The translations under genes were made by a program, and so were the position numbers. A stretch of DNA of 64,000 bases from Candidatus Omnitrophota bacterium. Lineage in GTDB: Bacteria > Omnitrophota > Omnitrophia > Omnitrophales > Aquincolibacteriaceae. The stretch covers positions 29,388 to 93,387 of the forward strand of contig DAOSLF010000004.1 in assembly GCA_035368605.1 (NCBI GenBank), in the 5' to 3' direction. This document shows positions 47,101-55,067 of this stretch, one piece after another; the first letter of the stretch is position 1; each line of letters begins with the position of its first letter. The notes beneath the pieces are model-generated. The model saw nothing but the letters and a program-made list of their open reading frames with translations. It had not been told where the DNA came from and ran no database searches.

Positions 47101-50100
47101 CGTCAGCGCCCCGCCGGCCACGGAGTAATAAACATTCGGGTTGCTGTAGTACGCGGAGCCCAGGATCGAGTTCGTAAAACTTGTTCCCGCCACCCCGTCC
47201 GCATCTCCGATCGAAAGACGGCCGTCATACATCAGCAGTCCCGAAACATCACCCGCGGACTGCACGACCCCGACAAGGTTCGCCTTGCAGGATGCATCGT
47301 TGGCATAGATCAGCACATATTCGCCGCCGCTCAAACTGAGAGAACCAAAACTGAACGCTCCACCGCCAGTCGTGGTCGTCGTAACAGGCGCGGCGCCATT
47401 AAATGAAAGAGCCATCGAAATCCCGGCCCCGAGACCGCTGACAAGTCCCGCGATCGTGTAAGTCGCGGGAGGAGGAGGTGTTGCGTTTTCCCAATGAAGT
47501 CTCGGGAGCGCGCCCGCAAAACTGTCCCATACGGGAACTGTCGTAAAATCCCACGGCGTAGCACCGGTATACACCGCGCCACCCGTCCCGCTTCCTGTCC
47601 CATGGAAATCACTTGCCGCGGCGGCTTTCTCGGCCATTCCATCGACGCCATAGCCAGAAACAGCGGGATTATTTCCTATCGCATAGGTGTTCGTTTCGTT
47701 ATACCACCAATTATTCGTTAGCAAGAAAGAAACATATTGAGCGCCCACCAGAGCTCCCGGCGTGGCATTCGACGCTGATGCGACACCGGTGCTGAAGGAA
47801 TTGCTGATCTCGGAATCAATATTACCTCCCACCAGGCCACCGACGTTTGAATACCCATCTACGTTGCCCGTCGCATAGGAGTTCTTAACCGACGAAACAC
47901 CGTCATCGTCTCTCACCAGATACCCCACCAAACCACCGGTGGCAGAGGCTCCGGTCACATTAGCCATGGAATAGGAGTTGGTCACGGTCGAATTATTGCT
48001 ATACCCGATTAACCCTCCGGTATGACCACCACCGCTAACAGTGCCGGTCGAACAGGATCTCACGACAGCTGTATTATTACGAGCATACCCCGCCAAACCA
48101 CCCACAAAAGCATTGCCACTAACACTGCCATTCACGAGGCCGACATCAGATATCCTCGCTCCATCCGCGCTTCCCAAAAGTCCAACGTAATTCTCTCCCG
48201 GGCGGTTAATGGTAAGACCCGTGATCGTCTTTGAATTTCCTTCCAGGGCTCCCGTAAACGGATCCCCCGGAGATCCACTCCCCACCGGGTCAAACCCGGC
48301 GCCGGAATTCCAATTCGCAGTCGATGTCGCATCAATATTACTATTCAAACGGAAGTTGCTTGAAAGATAACCTTTCATCGCCTGGAGGTCGTAAACATCG
48401 CGGATCAGATACGGGTCCTCCGGAGAACCCGCGCCCGTGTAACGATTGAACGTCTCGCTCCCGGAATCCGGCACGCTGAAACTTCCGCCGACCGTGAAGG
48501 TATGAAGCGTGGGAGCCGCATCCGAATACGCGCCTCCGGTCTGCGTGTAATCGCCTGTGATCGCGACATCCCCGCCCTGTGTGAAAGACCCGCTACTCAA
48601 AGTGAAATCACCGCCGACGTTCAGCGTCGCTGTGCTCGAATAAGTTCCGGCAATCGTCAGGTCCGCGTTCGAGACGGTCACGTTGCCGCCCGGAGCAAAC
48701 GCGATGCCCGTGGGCACCCAGAGATCGATCCCGCTTAACGTTAAATCCCAGCCGTTCAAGGCATAATGAACATTCGGGTTGCTATAGTAAGCCCCGCTGA
48801 GAGTCGAGTTGGTAAAATTCGTTCCGACCACCCCGTCCGCATCCCCGATCGCAAATCGGCCATCGTGCATCGCAAGACCGGCAATATCACTGGCCGATCT
48901 GACAATTCCGACAAGACCGGATTGATAAGAACCATCGTTGACATAGATCAGCAGATATTCGCCGCCGTTCAGCGTGACCGAATCGAAACTGAACGCTCCG
49001 CCGGCGGTCGTGGTCGTCGTCACGGGCGCCGCCCCGTCCAATGAAAGCGCCATCGAGATCCCGGCGTCAAACCCGCTTAAAAAGCCCGCGACCGCGTGAG
49101 TGGATGAGGCGGGTCTCAAACGGGGAGTGTCGCCGACCCTCGAGGACCAATCGGCCGCGAAATCCCAGGGGCTACCTCCGGTGTAAACGCCCCCTCCCGT
49201 ACCGCTCCCCGTCCCATAAAAATCGCTCAGCGCGGCAGCCTTGGTGACCCCGGGAGAAGAACCACTCCCCACACCCACCGTGTTCGTTTCGTTGTACCAC
49301 CAATTATTTGTGAGAGACCCCGTATATCTGGGCTGATACCCGACCAGGCCGCCCGGAGTATCGGAACTCGAGGTTGCCACACCCGTACTGTACGAATTCG
49401 TAATCGAGGATGTGTCGTAATCATTTCCTAGTCTTCCCACCAAACCTCCTGTGTTATTTTTCCCGGTCACATTTCCAGTCGCATAAGAACGATCGATCGA
49501 GGATGCCCCTGTCAAAAATCCGACTAACCCTCCAAGATCTCTATAACCATTCACACTACCCGTCGCATAAGAATTTGTAATGGTAATATTTTCAAAAGTA
49601 CCCCCTACTAATCCGCCGAGATAATAGCTCACACTTCCTGCGGTCACCGAGCCCGTTGCATAAGAATTACTAATCGCAACCTTTTGCGCAGCCCATCCGA
49701 TCAAACCTCCCGCACGCGAACCATATCGATCTGTGAGAGTTACATTGCCCGTCGCATGGGAGTTGGTAACGGCAGCGTTCCACCAAGCCCTTCCCACCAA
49801 ACCACCGGTACCAACGTCACTGGCATCGCTTCTGACGGCTGCTTCGGAATAGGAATTAACAATGTTAAAATCACTACCGGCACCCAAAAGACCGCCGACG
49901 CCGTCTGAACCTCCGACAGTTCCCGTGCTATAAGAATTACTGATAGACGTCCCGCCCCCAGCATGCCCGACAAGCCCACCGACACCATTACTTCCGGTCA
50001 CGGCGCCCTGATTGTAGGATCCGCTGATAATAGTGGGCCCATTACTATTCCCCACCAGGCCGCCCGTGACTGCCCCGCCTCGTACACGACTGCTTAAAAG

Positions 50101-52194
50101 ACCAATATTCCGGATCACCGCGCCAGAGACATAGCCAAACAACCCAACATTCTCTTCACCTGGACGATTGATGGTGAGCCCGGTCACCGTTTTTGTACTG
50201 CCGTTCAATGAACCGGTGAACGCATATTCCGGATGTTCTCCGTCATAATTCCCCACCGGATCGAACCCCGCACCGGAGTTCCAGTTAGTCGTACCGGAAG
50301 CATCGATATTGTCATTCAGTTGGAAGGCCGAGGAAAGAAAACCCTTCATGGCCTGAAGTCCGTAAACGTCGTAGATCATGTAAGGATCTCCGCCCGTTCC
50401 GGCACCGGTAAACCGATTCAGCTTCGCGTCACTGTTGATCCTGAAATCCGTGATCCCCGTCCAGGTCGTGGCCGTCGGAGAAGCGGTGAATGTCGCACCT
50501 CCTCCGAGGGTGAAGATTCCGACATTTGAGATACTGCCCAGGCTTGAAGCACTCGCAGCGGTGATCGTTAAATTATAGCCCCCCCCGGCAAGGGATCGAT
50601 CCGATGCCATCGTAAAAGCTCCGGAAGCATTCCAGACAACATTCCCGAGGAGTGTCAGGTCGCTTGTCACATTGAAATTCACGTCATTATAAGTTCCGGC
50701 CCCGATATTGCCGCCAATATCCGCCGCAAGATCCGTATTATCGAAGTAACCATTCCCGGCTCCAAGGATTCCCGTGGTCCGGAAGGTATAGCCATGCTCG
50801 TAAAAACGATCCGCTAAAAGCGTCCCGCGATTCTCAATGATTCCTTCGGTTCGGATTTCAATACTTCCCTGCTCGGCTTCCAACACCCCGGCATTCGTGA
50901 CATCTCCCGTTTCGGAATCGAGAAAGATTTCGCCATTCGATGCCTTGATGATCGCTTCATTCAGAATATCCTCGCTCGCGGCGATCTCAATCTTCCCCTT
51001 CTCCGCTTCCAGAAGGCCGGTATTCCGGAAACCGCCGGTTTGTGAATCAAAAAGAGCCAGACCGTTCGAAGCCGTGATGATCGCTTCGTTCACGATATCA
51101 TCAAAGGCATCCAGGGAAAGTTTCCCGCCCTTCACATCCAGCGTCCCGGCATTCAAAAATCCGCCTTTCGCGGTCCCGACAGAAAAGCTCCCGTCACGGG
51201 CACGGACGATCGCGTTGACGTAAACATCATCCAGGGTCAGGAACTCGATGCTTCCGTTGTCAGCGCGGATCGCCTCGACAGCCTTGTCGCTACGCTCAAT
51301 ATTGATCGCTTTTTCGAAGAGCCCGTCGATGGCTTTGGCGGTAAGCGATATTTTGCCTCCGTCCGCTGTAATGGAGCCGGAGTTTCTGATCTGATCTTTC
51401 AATCCGAGCTCATTCGCCGTCGCTTCATCCACACCGATCGACACCATGCCGTCTCCCGAAATACCGATCGTCACCACGTCTCCCGCGGCGAGCGCCACAT
51501 GCCCCATCGGCACATCAATCGCGCCTTTGTTATCAATCGCATTCGCTACCAGCGCCACGCGCGCCGCGTCGTGGCCCTGGATGCGTCCGTCATTCGTGAT
51601 CAAGCCCTGTTCGCCTTCGAAGAGGTACTGATGGGTGAGGAAATTCGAGGCGTTGAGGTTGAGGGGCAGGGTTGTCGCGATGAAGGACGCATCCCGGACG
51701 TTGACGAGGCCGGTAGCGCCGATATTGATGCCATAGATATTCTGCAGGATGAAATCCAGGTTACTCAGGTTCATCGTGCCGAATATGTTAGTCGCACTTC
51801 CCCCTCCCACGAGAAGTGCAAGGCTTGAGTTGTCTGAGATGCCTGTGATGTTATACGTGCTCCCCGCCGCGACGTTGAATTCCGGCACGTTCCACACCGG
51901 ATTCCCACTGACGTTCCAGTTCGTCACAGTGCCGTCCGCGGAGATGTCGATCGTGCCGCCATCTACGGTGACGATTTCCGCAGAGACGGGGGCAATGGTC
52001 ATGGAGAAGGCAAAGATAAAGGCGGTGAGAGATGAAATCAACTTCCGGGAGTTGGGGATGTGAAACCCGGGGATCGGGGCCAAGGGCCGGAGACCCGTTG
52101 TTAAAAACAGGCCCCGAGGGACGAAGCCCGAGTCCCGGAACATTTGATCTTCAAATCCGTATAGAGTTTCGCAGGTTCCCTGTTTCATAACCAC
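44122..52194 (-). CDS. Giant (2690 aa) secreted filamentous-haemagglutinin-like exoprotein with TPS domain, GLUG repeats, MBG repeats and FecR-like C-terminus.
   Basis: A single uninterrupted 8073-nt ORF. Extended signal peptide (SSLTAFIFAFSMTIAPVSA). TPS/haemagglutination-activity-type N-terminal domain (NWNVSGNPVWNVPEFNVAAGSTYNI...LALLVGGGSATNIFGTMNLSNLDFILQNIYGINIGATG). Two blocks of GLUG-like repeats (GGLVG...NSYATG). Four to five MBG repeats (ADITAKxxTITG...NKVYDG...NYTV). D/N-rich acidic tract. C-terminal FecR-like beta domain (GTVFEVEV). Confidence 0.85.
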   Translation of the reverse strand: MVMKQGTCETLYGFEDQMFRDSGFVPRGLFLTTGLRPLAPIPGFHIPNSRKLISSLTAFIFAFSMTIAPVSAEIVTVDGGTIDISADGTVTNWNVSGNPVWNVPEFNVAAGSTYNITGISDNSSLALLVGGGSATNIFGTMNLSNLDFILQNIYGINIGATGLVNVRDASFIATTLPLNLNASNFLTHQYLFEGEQGLITNDGRIQGHDAARVALVANAIDNKGAIDVPMGHVALAAGDVVTIGISGDGMVSIGVDEATANELGLKDQIRNSGSITADGGKISLTAKAIDGLFEKAINIERSDKAVEAIRADNGSIEFLTLDDVYVNAIVRARDGSFSVGTAKGGFLNAGTLDVKGGKLSLDAFDDIVNEAIITASNGLALFDSQTGGFRNTGLLEAEKGKIEIAASEDILNEAIIKASNGEIFLDSETGDVTNAGVLEAEQGSIEIRTEGIIENRGTLLADRFYEHGYTFRTTGILGAGNGYFDNTDLAADIGGNIGAGTYNDVNFNVTSDLTLLGNVVWNASGAFTMASDRSLAGGGYNLTITAASASSLGSISNVGIFTLGGGATFTASPTATTWTGITDFRINSDAKLNRFTGAGTGGDPYMIYDVYGLQAMKGFLSSAFQLNDNIDASGTTNWNSGAGFDPVGNYDGEHPEYAFTGSLNGSTKTVTGLTINRPGEENVGLFGYVSGAVIRNIGLLSSRVRGGAVTGGLVGNSNGPTIISGSYNQGAVTGSNGVGGLVGHAGGGTSISNSYSTGTVGGSDGVGGLLGAGSDFNIVNSYSEAAVRSDASDVGTGGLVGRAWWNAAVTNSHATGNVTLTDRYGSRAGGLIGWAAQKVAISNSYATGSVTAGSVSYYLGGLVGGTFENITITNSYATGSVNGYRDLGGLVGFLTGASSIDRSYATGNVTGKNNTGGLVGRLGNDYDTSSITNSYSTGVATSSSDTPGGLVGYQPRYTGSLTNNWWYNETNTVGVGSGSSPGVTKAAALSDFYGTGSGTGGGVYTGGSPWDFAADWSSRVGDTPRLRPASSTHAVAGFLSGFDAGISMALSLDGAAPVTTTTTAGGAFSFDSVTLNGGEYLLIYVNDGSYQSGLVGIVRSASDIAGLAMHDGRFAIGDADGVVGTNFTNSTLSGAYYSNPNVHYALNGWDLTLSGIDLWVPTGIAFAPGGNVTVSNADLTIAGTYSSTATLNVGGDFTLSSGSFTQGGDVAITGDYTQTGGAYSDAAPTLHTFTVGGSFSVPDSGSETFNRYTGAGSPEDPYLIRDVYDLQAMKGYLSSNFRLNSNIDATSTANWNSGAGFDPVGSGSPGDPFTGALEGNSKTITGLTINRPGENYVGLLGSADGARISDVGLVNGSVSGNAFVGGLAGYARNNTAVVRSCSTGTVSGGGHTGGLIGYSNNSTVTNSYSMANVTGASATGGLVGYLVRDDDGVSSVKNSYATGNVDGYSNVGGLVGGNIDSEISNSFSTGVASASNATPGALVGAQYVSFLLTNNWWYNETNTYAIGNNPAVSGYGVDGMAEKAAAASDFHGTGSGTGGAVYTGATPWDFTTVPVWDSFAGALPRLHWENATPPPPATYTIAGLVSGLGAGISMALSFNGAAPVTTTTTGGGAFSFGSLSLSGGEYVLIYANDASCKANLVGVVQSAGDVSGLLMYDGRLSIGDADGVAGTSFTNSILGSAYYSNPNVYYSVAGGALTVNGVDLWIPSAVTFSPGGDVDLAGSLVNSGTLNAPANIYVTGDWMNSGTFNAGTGTVTFDGSASGKQITTGGLENAFYNISFTGSGGEWTLQGAMNVSGKFKVTDGSFVSGANTVTVRGANATYQEADVNAARTDWTGGTLNLQSDTDQILPNHETYHDLHLGRSSGAGTTIYTRGANFTFGNLAIDRGAAKILLTADAVGTNKVYDGLTSATVSFLDDKLSGYDEIGYSYNAVFADGKDVGTGKAVNVSGISLTGDDAIYYSLGSSTDTTTADITAKAVTLSGITAGNKVYDGGVSAEVSVTGASFGGMIAGDELTVSSNGVFDNKNVGEGKTVTLTNVLGGADLGNYTVTDQDTTTADITAKELTITGVTASNKVYDATTDATVAGTASLTGIVAGDVVSWDDSGITGTFVNKNVGIEKAVLISGLSLSGADASNYSVGSLGVTADITAKAVTLAGIAAGNKVYDGTVNAELVTGGASITGVIGGDDVSLDGSLGSGVFANKSVGNGKTVTVTDLVLSGTDASNYTVAPLAGLTADITAKELTITGVSVANKIYDGSTAVTLDTTTAALVGGIGGDEVLLDSSLASGTSAEANVGTWSVLVTGFTLSGFDKDNYTVSQPTGLSVSITSAAPPPPGPGVGDPTNSTDNTIDNTIDDETNGNGTNPPGVDDGDPAVVTIEGDGINLGGDDQGNYPDLPDDPSDGNDSRNDIRGDNVDDDILNGHFSWDNILNQDDLGEELITDVYVREGKVYVLDNGDHLQFLDWGHTYRVMYKKRKLAQAKKRAMEALSLAEAQKGMSSQLTSKQDRAEQKTASAKAEPEPMITSAEEIAVQEAKRIEKEFIRRQEAPQAATPAAPDPIPEGILYGTLKNPGRDVFVKNRGGDWIAAEDGMVLLPGDEVKTAGRDSVVLALDGGKVGKIELKGGSLFRIRKMEQDPVSNSNTTLLDLAIGKLIAKVEPLRGVSKFEVRTPTALTGVRGTVFEVEVKPKKSV
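45240..46510 (-). repeat. MBG-type repeats within giant gene 2: four clear units of about 88 aa plus one degenerate leading unit.
   Basis: Repeated ADITAK(A/E)(V/L)T(L/I)(S/T)G(I/V)...NK(V/I)YDG...(V/A)G(D/G)(D/E)...NK(N/S)VG.(G/E)K.V.....L.G.D..NY(T/S)V. Periodicity is about 265 nt at the DNA level. Confidence 0.7.
46860..50430 (-). repeat. Internal tandem duplication inside giant gene 2: two copies (about 1.98 kb and 1.59 kb) of a module.
   Basis: The module is: [L/F]NR[F/Y]TGAG..DPY[M/L]I.DVY.LQAMKG.LSS.F.LN.NIDA, then a GLUG block, then LTNNWWYNETNT, then GTGSGTGG.VYTG.PWDF, then PRL, then A..AGL.SG..AGISMALS..GAAPVTTTTT.GGAFSF, then GGEY.LIY.ND. The protein segments match closely. The DNA shows a near-identical 29-nt stretch (gtgttcgtttcgtt[g/a]taccaccaattatt) at about 49279 and about 47688. 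Confidence 0.7.
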
Positions 52195-52427
52195 TTCCCC
52201 TCACCACAAATGTGCCACATAGATAATATAAATACAATAGCCTTTTAATAACTATTTAGTTAAATTAATTAATGACCTGTATTTTATAATTATTTTTATA
52301 ATAATTTATAGCGATTAATATCATTCTGATAATGTTCAAATAGGCATTGGTGTTGATTATGATTAAAATTCCTAAAGAGCCAAGGTGTGATATCTGGTGT
52401 AATGAAATGCCCGAAACAAATGGCTGA
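52195..52427 (-). promoter_or_regulatory. Strongly AT-rich (about 27-30% GC) intergenic island immediately upstream of giant gene 2.
   Basis: The AT-rich stretch is about 200 nt (for example ataaatacaatagccttttaataactatttagttaaattaattaatgacctgtattttataattatttttataataatttatagcgattaat). It lies between the hydE 3' end and the giant gene start. It contains many TATAAT/TTGACA-like hexamers and A/T tracts. Confidence 0.55.
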
Positions 52428-53489
52428 TTAAACCGGGCGGGCAGGGACCTTACTGCGAGAAGCAAAGTGGCGGGAATCACCCCATTCGCGATAGCCGATT
52501 TCGGCGCCGGTCGATCGGATGCGGCGATCAAGACAGCCGGAACATTTTAGCGCATCTTCATCAAGACACGGTTTGCCCCGGTAAAGCTGGTACTGCTCGC
52601 GATATTTAACGGGCGTGATGTTCGGCATAATGATGTTGGCGCCCGCGCAAATCCCCTGTTCGTAGCCTGCCGGATCAAGCGCTTGAAGCGCCGTGGCCGC
52701 AGTAATATTGACATCCTTCAGGCGAAGCCGCGTCAAGGCGATCATTACAAGCCCCAGCCGTAAATTGTCAGTCAGGTCGTTCCCTTTTTGACCCGATGCC
52801 GCAAGAGGTGTTTCTTCATGGGGGATGTAGGGACCCATCCCGATCATATCGATGTCCTCCCGTTCAAAGAACAGGATGTCGTTCACAAGATCCTCATTCG
52901 TCTGGCCGGGAAGACCGATCATGACGCCGGTACCGGTCTGATAGCCGGCCTTTTTCAGGGACCGCAAACAATTGCGCCGGGCCTCAAAAAAGTGGTCCTC
53001 CGGATGAAGACTGCGGTAGAGGCCGGGGTTGCTCGTCTCGATCCGGAGAAGATACCGGTGGGCTCCCGCGCGGAACCATCGCTCGTACGTTGCGAACGAC
53101 TGCTCGCCAAGGGAAAGCGTGATACCAAGCTTGCCGCCGCTCAATGCCTTGATGCCGGGAATGATATCCTCAATGAGCCGACAATAGTCTTCCCCCTGCC
53201 GTTCTCCCGCCTGGAGGACAACGGAGCCGTATCCCATCTCAAACGCTTCGCGGGCGCAATCGAGGATTTCTCCGGCCGGCATCGAATACCGAAGGACCCT
53301 TGCGTTCCCGCTCCGGATTCCGCAATAGCAGCAATTCTTCGCGCAGACATTGCTGAATTCGATCAGGCCCCGGAAATAGACCTTCGGTCCGACATGCGCG
53401 ACCGCGCAAGCGCGGGCGGCTTTAAAAAGACCCTGTAATTTCTTCGGATCTTTTTCGCCCAGCCACTCCAGCATTTCGTCCGGATTCAT
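52428..53489 (-). CDS. hydE: [FeFe]-hydrogenase maturase HydE (radical SAM).
   Basis: 353 aa. Radical SAM CX3CX2C motif CAKNCCYCGIR near the N-terminus. Biotin-synthase-like fold and length. Clustered with hydF and hydG. Confidence 0.8.
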   Translation of the reverse strand: MNPDEMLEWLGEKDPKKLQGLFKAARACAVAHVGPKVYFRGLIEFSNVCAKNCCYCGIRSGNARVLRYSMPAGEILDCAREAFEMGYGSVVLQAGERQGEDYCRLIEDIIPGIKALSGGKLGITLSLGEQSFATYERWFRAGAHRYLLRIETSNPGLYRSLHPEDHFFEARRNCLRSLKKAGYQTGTGVMIGLPGQTNEDLVNDILFFEREDIDMIGMGPYIPHEETPLAASGQKGNDLTDNLRLGLVMIALTRLRLKDVNITAATALQALDPAGYEQGICAGANIIMPNITPVKYREQYQLYRGKPCLDEDALKCSGCLDRRIRSTGAEIGYREWGDSRHFASRSKVPARPV

Positions 53490-53570
53490 CTTCAGCCCTC
53501 GAAGGAGACTCGTTCCCCGGGCCAGGAACCCGGAAGCTGTTTAAAAATAAAAGTCCCGGTTCCCGGTTTT

Positions 53571-55067
53571 TTAAAGAAACAGATCCCGCTCCCCTTTCCT
53601 CACGCGCTCGAGAAATCCGTAAAAAACCTGAAACCCCCGGGGATTCCGATCCCGGATCTCCCCGATCTCTCTTTCCATCACTTTCATCCCCAGCTCGCGC
53701 GTTTCGGGAGTGGCGAAATCGTCAAGCCATTCCTGGAACGTGAGGACGGCGTTCAGTTTGCAGAATTTTCCTTCCTTCCCGCTCCGGAGCAGTTCCATGA
53801 TGCACTTGCCCGTGCGCCCGCAACGGTAGCCGGCCGTACAAAACGACGTGATAAACCCGTCTTTCGCGAAATCGCGAACGAGCTCATCGAGACTCCGCGT
53901 GTCCCCCAGGATAAATTGCTGCCGCTCGACCTCTTGTCGTCCGCCATCCTCACTGTAGCTTCCGATCCCAAGCCGGGTCGAGGCGTCCATCTGGGTGGTG
54001 CCGTGATAAATCGCTTTTCTCCGGATCTCCGCGGTCTCGCGGGCCGTCACGATCATTCCCGTATACGGGATCGCGAGGCGGATCAGCATGATGATCTTCA
54101 GGAAATCCTCGTCCGACACGCGATAAGGCGACTCAGTCACATAGGAAGCATTAAGGGCCGGTTCAAGACGCGGGAAGGACACCGTGTGAGGGCCGATCCC
54201 CATCTTCGCCTCGAGATCAATCGCGTGATGGAGGAGCGACATCACCTCAAACCGCCAGTCATAGAGCCCGAACAGAACGCCGATCCCGACATCGTCAATC
54301 CCCGTCTCCGGTTCGAGCGCGCGGTGCATCGCGTAGGCCCGCCACTGATAATCCGATTTCAGCGTTCCCTTTGGATGCAGCTTCGCGTAGGTCTCGTGAT
54401 GATAGGTCTCCTGAAACACCTGGAACGTCCCGAGGCCGACCTCGTGCAGGTGCTTCAGCTCCTCGGTCGACATCGGCGCGGCGTTCACGTTGATCCTGCG
54501 GATATTCCCGTAGCCGTGTTTCGTCGGCACCTTGACGTCATAGATCGTCCGCATGCTTTCAGTGATGTAGTCAATCCCCGTCAGAGGATGTTCTCCGTAG
54601 ACCGCGATGATCCGTTTGTGCCCGATTCTTCCTGCGAGCGATTCCGTCTCGCGACGGATTTCATCCATCGAAAGCACACGCCGCTTCTGCGTCAGGTTCT
54701 CGCGCTTGAACCCGCAATACACGCAGTTGTTGACACAGTAATTGCCCATATAAAGCGGGGCGAACGTCACGATCCGGTCGTCATAGACCTTCAGCTTGAT
54801 CCTGAGAGCCGTCTCCCTCATTTCCTCAAGCATCGCCGGATCTTTGACGCGGATCAGCTCGGCCAGTTCTCCCGGCGCAAGCGTTTTGACTTCGAGGGAC
54901 TTTGCGAGGATCTCCCGGACACGATCCGCGGAAGGCTCCGGCGCACGTTTGATCTCATCCCAGACCCTGTCGTCCTGGATGTAGTCCCGGCCGCGCTCGA
55001 GATACTTGTCGATCTGGTCCCGTTTGATGCGTGTGGCGACCCACGCCGTTTCTGTACTCATTAGCAA
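53571..55067 (-). CDS. hydG: [FeFe]-hydrogenase maturase HydG (radical SAM tyrosine lyase, ThiH-like).
   Basis: 498 aa. Radical SAM motif CVNNCVYCGF. ThiH-like core. C-terminal extension with extra Cys residues (FCTAGYRCGRTGKC) characteristic of HydG. Confidence 0.85.
   Translation of the reverse strand: MLMSTETAWVATRIKRDQIDKYLERGRDYIQDDRVWDEIKRAPEPSADRVREILAKSLEVKTLAPGELAELIRVKDPAMLEEMRETALRIKLKVYDDRIVTFAPLYMGNYCVNNCVYCGFKRENLTQKRRVLSMDEIRRETESLAGRIGHKRIIAVYGEHPLTGIDYITESMRTIYDVKVPTKHGYGNIRRINVNAAPMSTEELKHLHEVGLGTFQVFQETYHHETYAKLHPKGTLKSDYQWRAYAMHRALEPETGIDDVGIGVLFGLYDWRFEVMSLLHHAIDLEAKMGIGPHTVSFPRLEPALNASYVTESPYRVSDEDFLKIIMLIRLAIPYTGMIVTARETAEIRRKAIYHGTTQMDASTRLGIGSYSEDGGRQEVERQQFILGDTRSLDELVRDFAKDGFITSFCTAGYRCGRTGKCIMELLRSGKEGKFCKLNAVLTFQEWLDDFATPETRELGMKVMEREIGEIRDRNPRGFQVFYGFLERVRKGERDLFL

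Noticed and set aside
53916-55064. 382-aa plus-strand ORF opposite hydG. Similar ORFs lie opposite hydF, hydA and hydB.
   Set aside because: Antisense artefacts of high GC. The minus-strand genes carry radical-SAM, GTPase and H-cluster motifs.
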